A model generated the notes under the pieces. That model saw nothing but the letters and a program-made list of their open reading frames with translations, was not told where the DNA came from and did no database searches. From Spongospora subterranea f. sp. subterranea (taxonomy: Eukaryota), in NCBI GenBank assembly GCA_049724395.1, contig JAUGWO010000013.1, positions 186,001-250,000 of the forward strand: a stretch of DNA of 64,000 nt, read 5' to 3'. Positions within the stretch are counted from its first letter, which is position 1. Each line of letters begins with the position of its first letter. Below are positions 38,990 to 51,196 of the stretch, one piece after another. The position numbers and the translations under genes are program-made.

Positions 38990-40398
38990 ATACGAACCCC
39001 AAACATCTTCACTAGTGAAACCCGACGTCTCCGTGCTCTCGGCAAGTTCTGATGTCCAGTCGGCGTTGTCAATAGGATATGATTATGGATTGATAAGGTC
39101 GGTGACCAGGCAAACCATGGATGGGCGACAGTAAAACACTGTTTTTTATCAATCAAAACTGCTCTCAATGAGGTATGAGTTGAAGTGCGTCCACCTCAGG
39201 TATATAACATGAGAAGACAGCACAAATATAGGAGTTGCCATCAGGTTTCAAGAGGTTCGATGGGCGGCCTGGGCGCGAATGTGGGATCGACTCGGTGGTA
39301 TTGTCGGCTGTGCAGTTTCACGACACGGCACTCAGTTTGAACAATGAAGCACCCAAACTCACCCAGCCTTGGCACTTATGTGGGATCAATCTAATGGGCA
39401 TCGCCGGCAGCGGATGATTCTGCAGTTCCACGATATGACAGCAGTCGTAATTTGATTTGCTTGCCTATTGTGCCAGCAGCGATAATGTACTCATCCATTA
39501 TTACGGCCACGATGGAGAATAAAATTTCTTCCGTCAAAACAAACCCGCTGCTGTTCGGTCCTATGGATGACTTGTGCCAATTTGGGTTCAGAAAGTTTCA
39601 GGGTAAAGAAACGTTTTTGAATTGACCAAGGCCAATTTGGTATCTTGAAAAGAACTCCGGTACGTTGTACAGTTCTGACGACAGGTTTAATCGTTTTAAG
39701 AGCATGTTCCCATACTGTCTTTATCCGGTTTAGATTCATCCATTGAGGCTGTTTCCTGCGACCTACATCAAACCAGCCAATGGTTTATTCGAGTCAAGTC
39801 AGCTCCAGAACGGCACCCTTTTTGAAATAGGTTCTCTTCAGTCTATTTTATTGTTTTTGAGGCCAAGTACGCTGCAATGCCACTTCGATTGCTTTGTGGT
39901 GAGCAAGGCAGCAGACACATACTCACCTGGAATGCTACTGTTTGAGACCCACCTTCGAAAATCCAAAAAACGATTCTATGAATAAAAAAAACTGATTATT
40001 CTTCCGCTTAATTATAAACATGTAGTCGACTTGATCCGGGTAAAGCTTTGATCACTATGAGGTTATCGGGGTAAGGGATATCAAAGGGTGCCGGTTCACT
40101 GATCCAGGGTTCGGTCAAAACAAAAAGTTACTGCTTGGATGGGTCCCGGGTTTTATGATTAAGCCGATCCGTTTCAAATCTTTATATACGATGAGATGAG
40201 TTGGGTGGCCATGAAGTAGAGGCAGTACTATATTTAATCACAGATCCAGCCTGGGAGGTTGCAGAAGTCGTCCGACTCCCGAATTTGATGCCAACCTTGC
40301 CGGTGCTTGGATTGCGAAGCAAGGAGATCCTTTCACTACAGACGCCAGCGACCACGCTCCTCGTATGTAAACCGTAGAGATGCAGCTTCGTATCCGCC

Positions 40399-42982
40399 TC
40401 AAAAGTTTTCGAACACGTCATGTAAAATGTCAAGTCCCCCCTCCTTAGCCTTCGAAGGATCTATAAGGTCATTTAGATTGCGCAAAGACCTACCTGGAGC
40501 ATTTAGCATCCGGAACTCATTAATTGCTGCCGTCCAGAGTGAGTCCGATATAGCAATATGCAGTCCATTTTCGATCCACGTAGCATGCATTCCGTATCAA
40601 ACAGCTGCCAAGGAATCGTGTAACTGCCGCAAGCCGATATGATGCAAAGAAAAACAGAACTAAGACAATACAGGTTTATTGAATGATGGTATTTATTGCT
40701 TGCACTAAATAACAGAAGGGCCCAAAAACAAAAATATAGCAGCGCCTGCCAAAGCACCGTACATGATTAAGGAGATGAAGCCCGACACAGTCCTTGAGAG
40801 CCCATCGATGAAACCGGAGCCACTACCAGTCGAAATAGGTACAAGAAATGGCAACTTTTCATTGAAGGCTGAAACCCTCACCTATCCATGGGATGGTTTG
40901 CATCAGAAACTTTAATTGAGAAGGTTTTACAAATTCGTTTTGTATCGCACCTCTGAAACAGCAGCGGTTACCCAATTTCTGGCTTGATCACCATCAAATG
41001 GTGAAGAACCGGCGAAACATCGCCAGCCTTGCACTGAGGGCTTAACAACACATAAGGCGATACTACGACAGAAGTTACTTGAAAGAAAACAAAAATGAGA
41101 CATGAAACTAACCCGTTATGCTTGTACGAATCCTTGATACGCAGCGATCGCAAAAAATCACCTTGTTGGTCGGCATTCACCCATCCCATTCGAACAGGAG
41201 CGTCGGTTTTCAATTTCTGAGCAGTCTCTGCAATTTTCGCCTCTGAAAAATGGATTAGCGAATGCTCAGTGCTAAGGAACTGCAGCGTTAGTACTAAGAT
41301 AGAATTCGACTGCATCTTCATATGACTTCGACATGGAAACGATGCAAATTGTACCGTTTCGATAGCAAGCGTCGTAATACGTATCATATGTTAACTCTGT
41401 TAGAACCGGACCAGCATACTGTAACAACTTGGCCACGACGGCATCCGAATCGATACATAACAGCTGGTACCATTCTGTAAGCTCTGATAATAGGGAGGCT
41501 TTATGAAAGGGAGGATTTTGAACAATAATATAGGTGCTGCTGTCTAGCCCCTCCGCCAATACCCGCAAATCAGGGTTCAACTGAGATTCGAAAATATTCA
41601 CTTGTCGGTGCCAAGTAGCAAGATTTTATCGTACCTGTGATTCCGCAGCGAATGCAAATGCAACTTGAGGCGGAAGGTCACGACGGTGCATAAACCTGAT
41701 TAGCGGCAAAGGAATCGACGTGTGAATTCGAGAAACAAACAATATCTTTGTTGAATGATTTGAGGAAAGGAAGGTCGTCGTCTCCATTCTAAACAACCAG
41801 CTGGCACTCAGAAAAATCACACTAAGAACGGGACGATGCTTACGATGAACCAAGACGAGTAATGTTGCCACACGATGAGATGACACTCAGAAACCGGGCG
41901 ACAGAACCAATCCCAAACGTGGAGGGGTTGTCAAGACGCATCAGCGTGGTGACCGAGCGTTGAGAGTTGAATGGATCAGGTGTAACTGCAAAAACCTGGG
42001 GCAATGAAGATATGCCAAGATTCCGAACAATTTTAGGAGCGATGCCAAAATTAATGCGCCCAAATGAAATCATGCCTAAACACATTCAACATAAAAAACC
42101 ACAACACGAGATCCTCAAATGTAAAACAACAAAACTGTTGTTGCACATTAAATCTAAGAAAATGACGGAATTATAGAGATTAGTAACCATTAGTGGAGAT
42201 GACCTTGATATCCAAGTACGGCGTCTTCCCACGCTTTTGAGATCGATGAGCACTGATAGCACTTCTCGGAATAAACTTTCACAAGATAAACGCCGCCAAA
42301 ACGAGCAATTTTATCTTCAACTAGAGCAGGATACGAATCGTCGGCTAGAAGAGTGCTCGGAGAGAACCGGTCGGGATCCCGATTATATGCTTGGCTTGCA
42401 CCAACCGCAGCGTATTTCTGTCAATCAAATATTCAGTGGCATGTTCAACAATCGCACCTCCTCATCAAAACCCAAACCTCACAAAACCCAGACCTAACAA
42501 AGGCCCAAATTCATGAAAAAATTCAACAACGAAACTCAGGAACATTTCGGCGATGAATGAAAACCGTTTGCCATAACTAATAGTTACCTGAATAGCAATC
42601 TCCTGATAATCAAACGCATTGCTGTTTTCTGAAGGAAACCGGCCAATTCGATCGTAATGATTTCGTGATATTGGATTCGATAGAACATCGTATGCGCGGA
42701 CGAATCCGCTGAAAAATTTGCTCCGACGATTGTCGGTTTTTATCCGGATGCCATGATTTAGCTAGTTTCTGAAAAGCAGTTTTTATCTGTGTTGGAATTT
42801 GATTACGAGTTACGCCTAGAATCTGATAACCCAATCTAAACAGAAATGGTGGCGTACACAAAGGGAGAGTGAATTACAAGGTATGGGTTGGGATGCGCCT
42901 CAGATCGACAAGCATTGTACAGCAATACAATCGAGACTATCATGCAGATCATGCTGCTCCATGAAAATGGGTGACATTTCAT
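40399..42982 (-). CDS. ER DnaJ protein with thioredoxin-like folds and TM (DNAJC16-like)
   Basis: Signal peptide MKCHPFSWSSMICMIVSIVLL, J-domain NPY.ILGV...WHPDKN...AYDVLSNP...YDRIG, thioredoxin-like GISFGRIN..LGISSLPQV, and a late TM segment. +1 indel near 42703. 3' end approximate. Confidence 0.75.
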
Positions 42983-43186
42983 GGCACGCTGTGAAAGCGA
43001 CGTCCCGCGTCGGCCTTCACCAGAGAATCACCAACTTCAACACAACCCGACACAACCACAACGCCAAGTCTCTACCAGGTAACTACCACCGTACTGTCAT
43101 TTGGGCCATTGGGCCAGTCCAGTGAGATCCTGATGTTGTCAAATGTCAATCCACATAGATTTCGAAGTCACACTGCCTCACTTGAA

Positions 43187-43790
43187 TTACGAAATGTGCC
43201 AACTTTCAGAAATGTGAACGCCATAGCTGCAATCTCCCATCACCTGATCTTTACATCGCGGCTGCCCAGCAACGCCGGTGCCAACGTCAAGACTCGCTTG
43301 CAGTTCCGTCCGACGTCGCTTTCTCGGCAGGTCAGGCGACTTGGTCTGGCGAACCAGGCGCGGCGTTATCTCCAGCCGCTTCTTCTCTTCGAGATTGTAT
43401 ACCAACAATACACCAAACTGTCGCCTCGCGGTCTCTACCGACTTGCGCTTGCGAATATCGTAATCGTACACCGCCCGCCACATGTAATTCTTGGACCGAT
43501 GTTGGATTATAAACTGATGGTGTATCATGGCCAAAGATGGCTGATCGTGACCGCACCATTGGTTATCATATGTGAATTACGGCCCAATGGACCTAAATCC
43601 TCTCCCATCGCGTCACCGTTGAACCCAAAATCCGCTCATCGCCGCCTTGAATAACAATGGAATGTGTCTCTTCCAGTGCCGATTCTTGATTATCGTGAAT
43701 AGAAGCGTAGTCGAGGTAGTTGCTGTCGAGGACCTTACGCGAACATCTCACTGCTGATGGCCAGGAACGCTTGGCCCAACGGTTGCCGCT
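43187..43790 (-). mobile_element. Degenerate DIRS-type retrotransposon gag-like remnant
   Basis: KVLDSNYLDYASI and HHQFIIQHRSKNYMWRAVYDYDIRKR resemble DIRS gag motifs (KI..G.YVD..L; Y.W..V..YD..FR). Stops and frameshifts present. Confidence 0.5.
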
Positions 43791-44264
43791 CGGCGTTCAG
43801 CCGGGACTTCAGGCCAGGCGATCATTTCCTGCAAGGACGACTCTTCTTCTGTTTAAACAACGCCTTTACCGACTTGTCGATCGTCCGGCGATATTACGGA
43901 GAGGGCGTCGTCGGCGGCTGATCAGGGTGGCATCGTCGTAACTGAGCTGAACAAGACGAGCAGCGTTGTTTTTCAGTACGTGCACCAGACACATTCCATT
44001 GTTATTAAAGGCGGGAAGGCCCATTGAGCAGTAATTCACATCATGATAACCAATGGTGCGGTCACGATCAGCCGTCTTTGGCCATGATACACCATCAGTT
44101 TATAATCCAACATCGGTTCAAGCATTACATGTGGCGGGCGGTGTACGATTACGATGTTCGCAAGCGCAAGTCGGTAGAGACCGCGAGGCGACAGTTTCGT
44201 CTATTGTTGGAATACAATCTCGAAGAGGAGATGCGGCTGGATAACGCCGCGCCTGGTTCACCGG
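43346..44264. repeat. Long inverted duplication
   Basis: 43346-43669 vs 43987-44264, about 90% identical with an internal deletion of ~45-50 bp in the right arm. Spacer ~317 bp. Confidence 0.92.
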
Positions 44265-44899
44265 CGATAGTTCCTGTTTCATGAATCAACATTTATGGCG
44301 GGATTAAAGGTGAAAGTGGTTTCTATCACAACATCGAACACATATCCCCCATGGACACAAAGACAACAGCAAGGAAGATAAGTAGGATCTCTTTATAGGC
44401 AAGATGAATGCAGATCAAACACAGTTTCTCTGCAATACATGATGGTCGACCCCAACCAAACTACGCCTATCTCAAGTTAATTGGACCCTGATGTATTCCC
44501 TACATGTTTAAGTCGTTCCCGAGTTCAACAGTAATCTAAATCATGCAATGGCAGTGAAATAATCAACTTACAATCAGCAAGCTCATTGCGGTGAGCTTCG
44601 CCACTCTCATACGTGCGCCCTTGATCAGCTTCTCTTCACTACACGAAGCGATTGGACGCGGCGCAACTCGACATTCGATTTGTGTCTGGCTGGAGATGGA
44701 ACTCTTCCAGCGGTCGCAAATCAATGCTGCGACCCACAATGGTGTGAAAGTATGTTAGTTATACTACCCAATAGGAACACCATTAATTGCTTGTCATCGT
44801 GCCCCCAGCACTGCATCCTCTTGTATGTTGATGATGAATCTCACAGGTTTCAGTCGTCGATTATGTCAGGTCATAACCCGCAATTTGCCAGAAATCGGA

Positions 44900-45070
44900 T
44901 GGGATCCTACGAAGTTGCACTCTCGCTGTGCACGAAACCTTAGCGCTGAGGATTGTTTGTGGCGAACGGCCACAAATTATTTGGCATGAACAATCAAGAA
45001 GAGTCTTGCGCCCGAAGGCGAAGGAGCTTTAATAATGGTGTCAGCATAACTGTGCCCCTGCCATTTTATT
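44900..45070 (+). mobile_element. Decayed DDE transposase fragment
   Basis: Frameshifted reading FVANG..IWHEQSRRVLRPK/GEGALIMVSA*LCPCH resembles the motif F.AND...W...LRPKG.G..IMVS.FLCPCHG of eukaryotic DDE transposases. Confidence 0.45.
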
Positions 45071-45783
45071 ATAAACACCGGTATGGAACTGTGGGATGAT
45101 TCTTTGATGCATGTTGCTCAGCTTGCTCGACGGTCAGACGGATTGATCCATCTTCTTCGCACTATGTACGAACTGATTTTCTAGCAGTTTTTCTGATTGC
45201 TGTAAATATAATAAAGTCCAATTCTTTGAGAATTCTTCGTCGTAAATGCCATACTGACACCCACAAAACATTTATATCAAAGCAAATTCCGGGTGAAACT
45301 AGGGGTATGAAATAATTCATGATCGTCGATATTGCAGGCCGGTGTGCGGCCTCTGGTCAAGCGGTTACTCTGACTGAAAATCGAGACTGATTGTCAATTG
45401 AAGGACAGGAGAGATATCATCGCACAGTACAATCCGACATAGAACCGGATATTGACCAGACATTCTTATAGCTGCAGGAACCGTGGTCTTAACGAGTATT
45501 TCATCAGTTCCCCATTGCCATATCCAGCCTGAGCACTTCTGAATTGGTTGAGTGGGTTTCTTATGATCTTCTGTCAGCCGTAGACAATTGATCACCCCTG
45601 TTAACCCTGTAACCTGCGGGCTAAGGCCACATCTACAGCCGTAGCCAGTAGGTCGAGCGCGCCCCCCCTACAGTCAAGAAGACACAGACGCGGCCATCGC
45701 CCACCGCCCATCGCCCACCGCCCACCACCTGCGCCGACGGAGGCTGCGTCCGAAACCCTGACACTGCACCTTGTTAGCACCAC

Positions 45784-48700
45784 ATGGCGATCGGGCGAAG
45801 GGGCGGGCGCCAGCTGATCCGCCGTGATCCGTCATGGACTACTGATAATTTATCCGATTCGGATTCTTCACCACCAGCGCCATCTACCCCCAAAAATCCC
45901 ATTGTTTTTCAAGGTCCAATTCCGAGCATTCGCAAATCCTCGTCGAAACTAAAACGCGCTACCGGGTTCTCATCACGTCTCAAAGATGAAGAAGCCCTTA
46001 CTACGAACACACAAACAAGCCATAGCGCTTCAGCCTATTCCAATAATGAAGATCGTTGGGATTTACAGCATGAATTTATGGATCACGTTCTGTCATGGGA
46101 TTTAGCCAAGGACGACACCGATCGTAGCCCAATGCAGTTACGGAATTCGTTCGCGCACGTCGATGACTACGTCAGCATGTTCACTTCGCTGTTGTTCGAG
46201 GATCTTCGAGCTAATTTGGTGTCGGGCCTGGAGGAAAACTCTCGCCACATTACTCGAGCTCCACTCTCATTTACTCAAACATCAGATATAGTCACCCCGA
46301 CGGCCACCGTTCGTGCCAAGCTGATTTTTAGCGGCGAGATCTCTGCCAAAGACTTCATCCAGTTGACATTTGACAACGACCGCACCATCATCGCCTACGT
46401 TGTTGATTCATGTACGTCTCATTCGGATTCCCAATGGAAGTTGTTGACGCTCCGGATCCGATTACCGCGCCCTGAGATCATCTACGCCGACCAATCATCG
46501 GTCATGGCCGTTCTTCTTGGCACGTCGATCACGTCTAGTCGCGAATTTGTTGCCCTGAAATCCTGCGCCACGGTCGGTATCGTTTTGTCACGCCCCCCAG
46601 GGTAGCGTTATTGTACGGGTAACGCTAACATGGTGCTTTACGATACAGTCGCGATTGTTGCCGTTTCTCCTACAGCCAACGGCAGACAGGGGCGATGGGA
46701 ATTCGGCCCCGATCGACCTGCCTGACCCGGCATGGGATCAAGTACCAACACTGTTAATGCAGCGCCTGGAACAGGACCTAAATCCCGATCAGCTTGAGGC
46801 GGTTAAGCAATGTGCCGCATTCCGATCACCTTTTTCACTTATTCAGGTTAATATGACACCGTTCCACCGAATATTTCCTCGTTTTGTTCACCGTTAATCT
46901 GACACAATTGATTAGGGTCCACCTGGTACGGGAAAGACCAAGACCGTTCTTCATCTGCTGAACGTTCTCCATTTGAGTATGTACCAGCGCCATTACCTTT
47001 CGGTAATTGCCGCCTCGTTAAGATCCCTGCAGCGTGACAGCCCACCGTCCACCGCTCCTTCCCTCAAAATGGACTATAGTGATGTGGCCTCATCCTCTGT
47101 TCCCTTGTCCGACGCCTTTGAGTTCATCGCTCAGGTTATCGCATTACCCCATATTAATCCGAGTCAGGCGACCTCTATCGAACGCATAGAAGCCACAGTT
47201 TTTATCCTAATCATCACAGTTTTACTTTTTTCGTTTACGAGAGCAAAATCGAGATCGTTTATTTTTCAAGTTTTTGCTGATTTTAATGGGTTTTAGTCTC
47301 ATTTGACACCTTCCTCGTCGTCCGGGCCGTTCCAGATTCTGCCGCGACCAAGGATCCTTGTCTGTGCGCCGAGCAACGCCGCCGTTGACGAGATTGTTGG
47401 ACGGCTCGCCGTTGAGCGTTTATTAGATGGGAATGGCCTGCCGTACACGCCCGATATTGTTCGGATTGGGCGTCCTTCCAGTATCAGGGATGGTGCAGTA
47501 AAGGACAACATCAGTTTAGATCATTTGGTCGATGCCTTCTTTCGTTATAGCCCTGGTACGATATCATTCCCAATCCATCATCAACCCACACCTTTTGTTT
47601 AAGTTTATGTTGTTGATTTAGCACAATTAAAGGAGAGAATGATCCTGGTCGATCAGCATAGGAAGAGGGTCGGCATGAATCTCAAGAAGGTCTTTTTCCT
47701 TCGCCTTTTAAATTTTCGATTTCAATTGTGCGATACTGTTCGCTTTTTATCTCAGCTAACATGGTTTACAATTTAAAATTGTTTTTCGTAATTGTGACTA
47801 TCGAATCTCAGATGCAGGATTATGTGCTCCATGTTCGAGCTACATCAACTCCATGCGATTTGAATGCCCTCGCTGTTCAGATTACCTCGTTTGCCGAAGA
47901 GAGGTACTTTGATAACGCTATTTTATCGTAAATTCTATCTCGTTGTCGCTGTGTTTGATTTGGGTTTACGTCTTTGTTGTGCTGTAGCCAATGCATTTCT
48001 ACGTTAGATATCGTATTGGATTGGAGTATCAGCGGCTGGAGATGGTGCGTGACAACCGTAAAGAGGTTGCTAATGCGCGTCTTCAGGAATCGTTCTTGGA
48101 CCAGGCTCAAATTGTGTTCAGCACCTTGAGTGGCACCCAAAGTAATCTGATATTATCTCGTAGTTTTCCTGTCATATATGTTGCTTTGCTTTTTTTTTTT
48201 TTTTCGTTTTAAATCATAAAACTACTGTGAGCTTGGTTTTGACGCATTAAACACACAGGCCGGTTTTTAGCAGGTTCCGGTTCACAGCGAGGTTTTGACG
48301 TTTGCATCATCGATGAGTGCGCCCAATGCGTAGAAGCGTCCACCTTATTGCCCTTGGTTTGTCAATATTTACACGCATAAACAGTTTGGCTTTTGTGGTT
48401 TCAAGGTTTAGCTCTGTCTGGTTCGTCCTTTGAAATTCCAAAAAATCATGTTGATTAATCAGGTGGTTTTGGTAATTGTCGAGATTTAGGTGGGATATGG
48501 GGATATTCGCGTCGTGATCTTGGTGGGCGATCCTCGACAATTACCGGCGACCGTATTCATGACCGGTAATAGGGCTAGGATATATCAGCGGTCCATGTTC
48601 CAGCGCCTTCAAGAGGCTGGCCTTCCCTCGATCATGCTCACTCAACAATACAGAATGCATCCTGGTAAACTCAGTATTCACCAATCAACTATCACCTCGT

Positions 48701-49700
48701 TTCCCACCTTTCAGTTTACCGACTCATATTCGACCCTCATTTTCACTCACACTTGTTTATGAACGTTCGTGCTTGGTCCACTATGGTTTTTATCTGACCA
48801 ATCCTTTGCGTGCTGTCTTTTACAGAGATCCGTCAATTTCCGTCTCGGTACTTTTATTCTAATTCTTTGCGAGACGGCGGGCAAACGCTATTGTATTCAC
48901 CCGATTACTACACTGATCGACGCTTCGGCCCGTATCTTTTCTTCGACTTGACAGGTCGTGAATTGCGTCAAAGATCGGTTCGCAATGCCACTGAAGCGGC
49001 GTTCATTGCCCAGCATATAGGTATGCGCCTCTTCATATCCCATGGACCATTTTATTTTTCTCTGACATAATTCTGCACTGATTTCTTCTGTCTCTCATCA
49101 CGTTTGGTCGTAGACGCGTTGATTACGTCGTTTCCTGCGGTTAATCCTAACACGATTGCGGTTGTGACGCCGTATTTATCGCAGGTTGCCTGTGTTAAAG
49201 GTGCACTACGATCCCTGACTCCTCCACTGGATGATGTGGTTGAAGTGACCACGATAGACAGCTTCCAAGGTCGCGAAAAAGATATTGTCTTATTCTCTTG
49301 CGTCAGATCCGGATCTGGTCAGTCCTGTTCTTATTCCGTCTGTGTTTTCCGCTTTGAGTTTTGCTTTTGCATCGTCAGCTGTGCATTAATCTCTGTTTTG
49401 TTTCAATTTGCTCTAGATATTCAGGTCAAATTATGTTTTTTATTGCAGTTTACGGTACTGATTTCATAAATTCGACTTTGCCAATAATGTTTTTTGTTAA
49501 CGCGGATCGTTACTGAGGCGGTTATATCTGTTTTAGGTGAGATTGGATTCGTCAAGGACGTGCGCCGTATGAACGTTGGTATAACTCGTGCCCGACACGC
49601 TATGTGGATTGTGGGTAATGCTGCTACCCTGCAATTATCAAAACCATGGGCTGCCCTAATTGACGATGCAAGGCGACGTAAACTGTATATTTCCTCGTAA
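45784..49700 (+). CDS. SEN1: SEN1/senataxin-like SF1 helicase
   Basis: LIQGPPGTGKT, RILVCAPSNAAVDEI, IIDECAQ, LVGDPRQLPATV, QYRMHP, TIDSFQGREKD, RRMNVGITRAR. Many introns. Confidence 0.9.
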
Positions 49701-49810
49701 CATCCTTGATCACCGCCTTAATTTATTACATTATGTATAATCGTTTCGTCATTGATTCCTTTCGACGAATCCGAACATTGTTGCCATGACAGAGACCAAC
49801 TTCAATCAAG

Positions 49811-50392
49811 TCATTGTTTATTCGATGTTTTGGAGCGGCGTCGGGGGCACCTTTTTGTCGGAAGTAACCTAGGCAAGGGTAAACCTGACCCGGGCACTCC
49901 AGCTATGAATAACGGCTTGACTTTCTCGGCATGTAATGGGGAATACGGGCTATTGAATATGGCCTCGTTAAGTCCATAAGGCTTATACGCCATACCCTGA
50001 ATTTGATCAAATATGTCTTCGTGCGTCCTTAATTCGTGGTACGACGTTTCCAGCGGAGACCTTTCGAACACCCCGACGACGTCCACGTTCTGAATGGCCG
50101 GCATTATCGACTTCACCGGGTATATTCGCGCCAGAATGGGTTTCGGTTCGGACCAATTACGATGCAGCGTTTTTTTGTTTGATTCTTTGAGTTTTAGACC
50201 CCGAAATGCCCGACCTGTACGATCATGATGTGGACCAGTTATGGCGGCGATGTGAGGCGGGTTCAGTGCAACCAGAAATGGGACATTCACTGGCTTGTCA
50301 TGGACTGTCCCCAACTGTGTATTCACTTTAGACGATGATCTGCTCATGGTACTGCCCACAATATCCTCTTGAATCAGTCGTGCAATAAACAC
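49811..50392 (-). CDS. Hypothetical protein
   Basis: 193-codon stop-free ORF convergent with SEN1. Possible upstream exons; no family recognised. Confidence 0.45.
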   Translation of the reverse strand: MFIARLIQEDIVGSTMSRSSSKVNTQLGTVHDKPVNVPFLVALNPPHIAAITGPHHDRTGRAFRGLKLKESNKKTLHRNWSEPKPILARIYPVKSIMPAIQNVDVVGVFERSPLETSYHELRTHEDIFDQIQGMAYKPYGLNEAIFNSPYSPLHAEKVKPLFIAGVPGSGLPLPRLLPTKRCPRRRSKTSNKQ

Positions 50393-51196
50393 GGCACGCC
50401 AGACTTGACTGGAATTGTCTCACGTCGGCAATTGTTCCTAAAATTGTGTCTCAGTCAAATAACTTTACAAAGCGAATTAGATCACCACCGTCAATGTTTG
50501 CCCAAGCTGCAGTAATGAACGCGATAATCAATTAGCTACAGTAATAGCGTCCAAATATTTTGATGGATGAGACGAATCTGACTGTCCTGTTCTGGTCAAA
50601 ATTTCTGAGCGGCTGTCTGCTGCAGATCGTTTCGGCCATTTTTTCATTTTTACCCGATAATGTCAACCTAATTGTCGCAATAGATAGTATTACCGATGAA
50701 GACTGAAGGTTTTGTTGCAAGCGACTTGACAAGCACTCGACAGGCAGAATTTATTGTCGCAATCGGGCTTCAGATTCGCTGATTTGACTACTCAAGCTTT
50801 AACTTCAAAAAATTTCGGGTATTATTGCAGTCTTAGCTGTGTTCACTAATCAATGCGGTTCAACCAGCTCGCGATATTTGAAAGGAAAACGTACAACTTG
50901 GCAAGCGAATTCGCTGCAGGTTCTTTAAGGACCAATCGCGATCGCCAACGGCAGCTAGGTCTGTACTGCTTAGGTGAAGTTAAACACTATGAATGTGCAA
51001 TTTCTTGCGATTATACAGTACCACTACATCCTCTCGAGGCTTGTCGATAAGAAAATCAATGTTTCCTTCGATCAGGGATTCGTTCGAAACCGTGATAATT
51101 CCTGGAGTACCGTTCGGGGCTAAACAACATATTCTTATTGCGAGTTGTTTTGTATATCAGGTGTGTCTTGTTGATTTTCAAAGTGGAATATGATAT

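Noticed and set aside
38424..39168. Three long Cys-rich ORFs
   Set aside because: By-product of a stop-free tandem repeat; no independent coding evidence.
43346..44264. DIRS inverted terminal repeats of an intact element
   Set aside because: The arms are gag-like coding sequence, and no RT or tyrosine recombinase is present.
45595..45616. Interstitial telomere-like repeat
   Set aside because: Only 2-3 degenerate units (CCCTGTTAA/CCCTGTAA).
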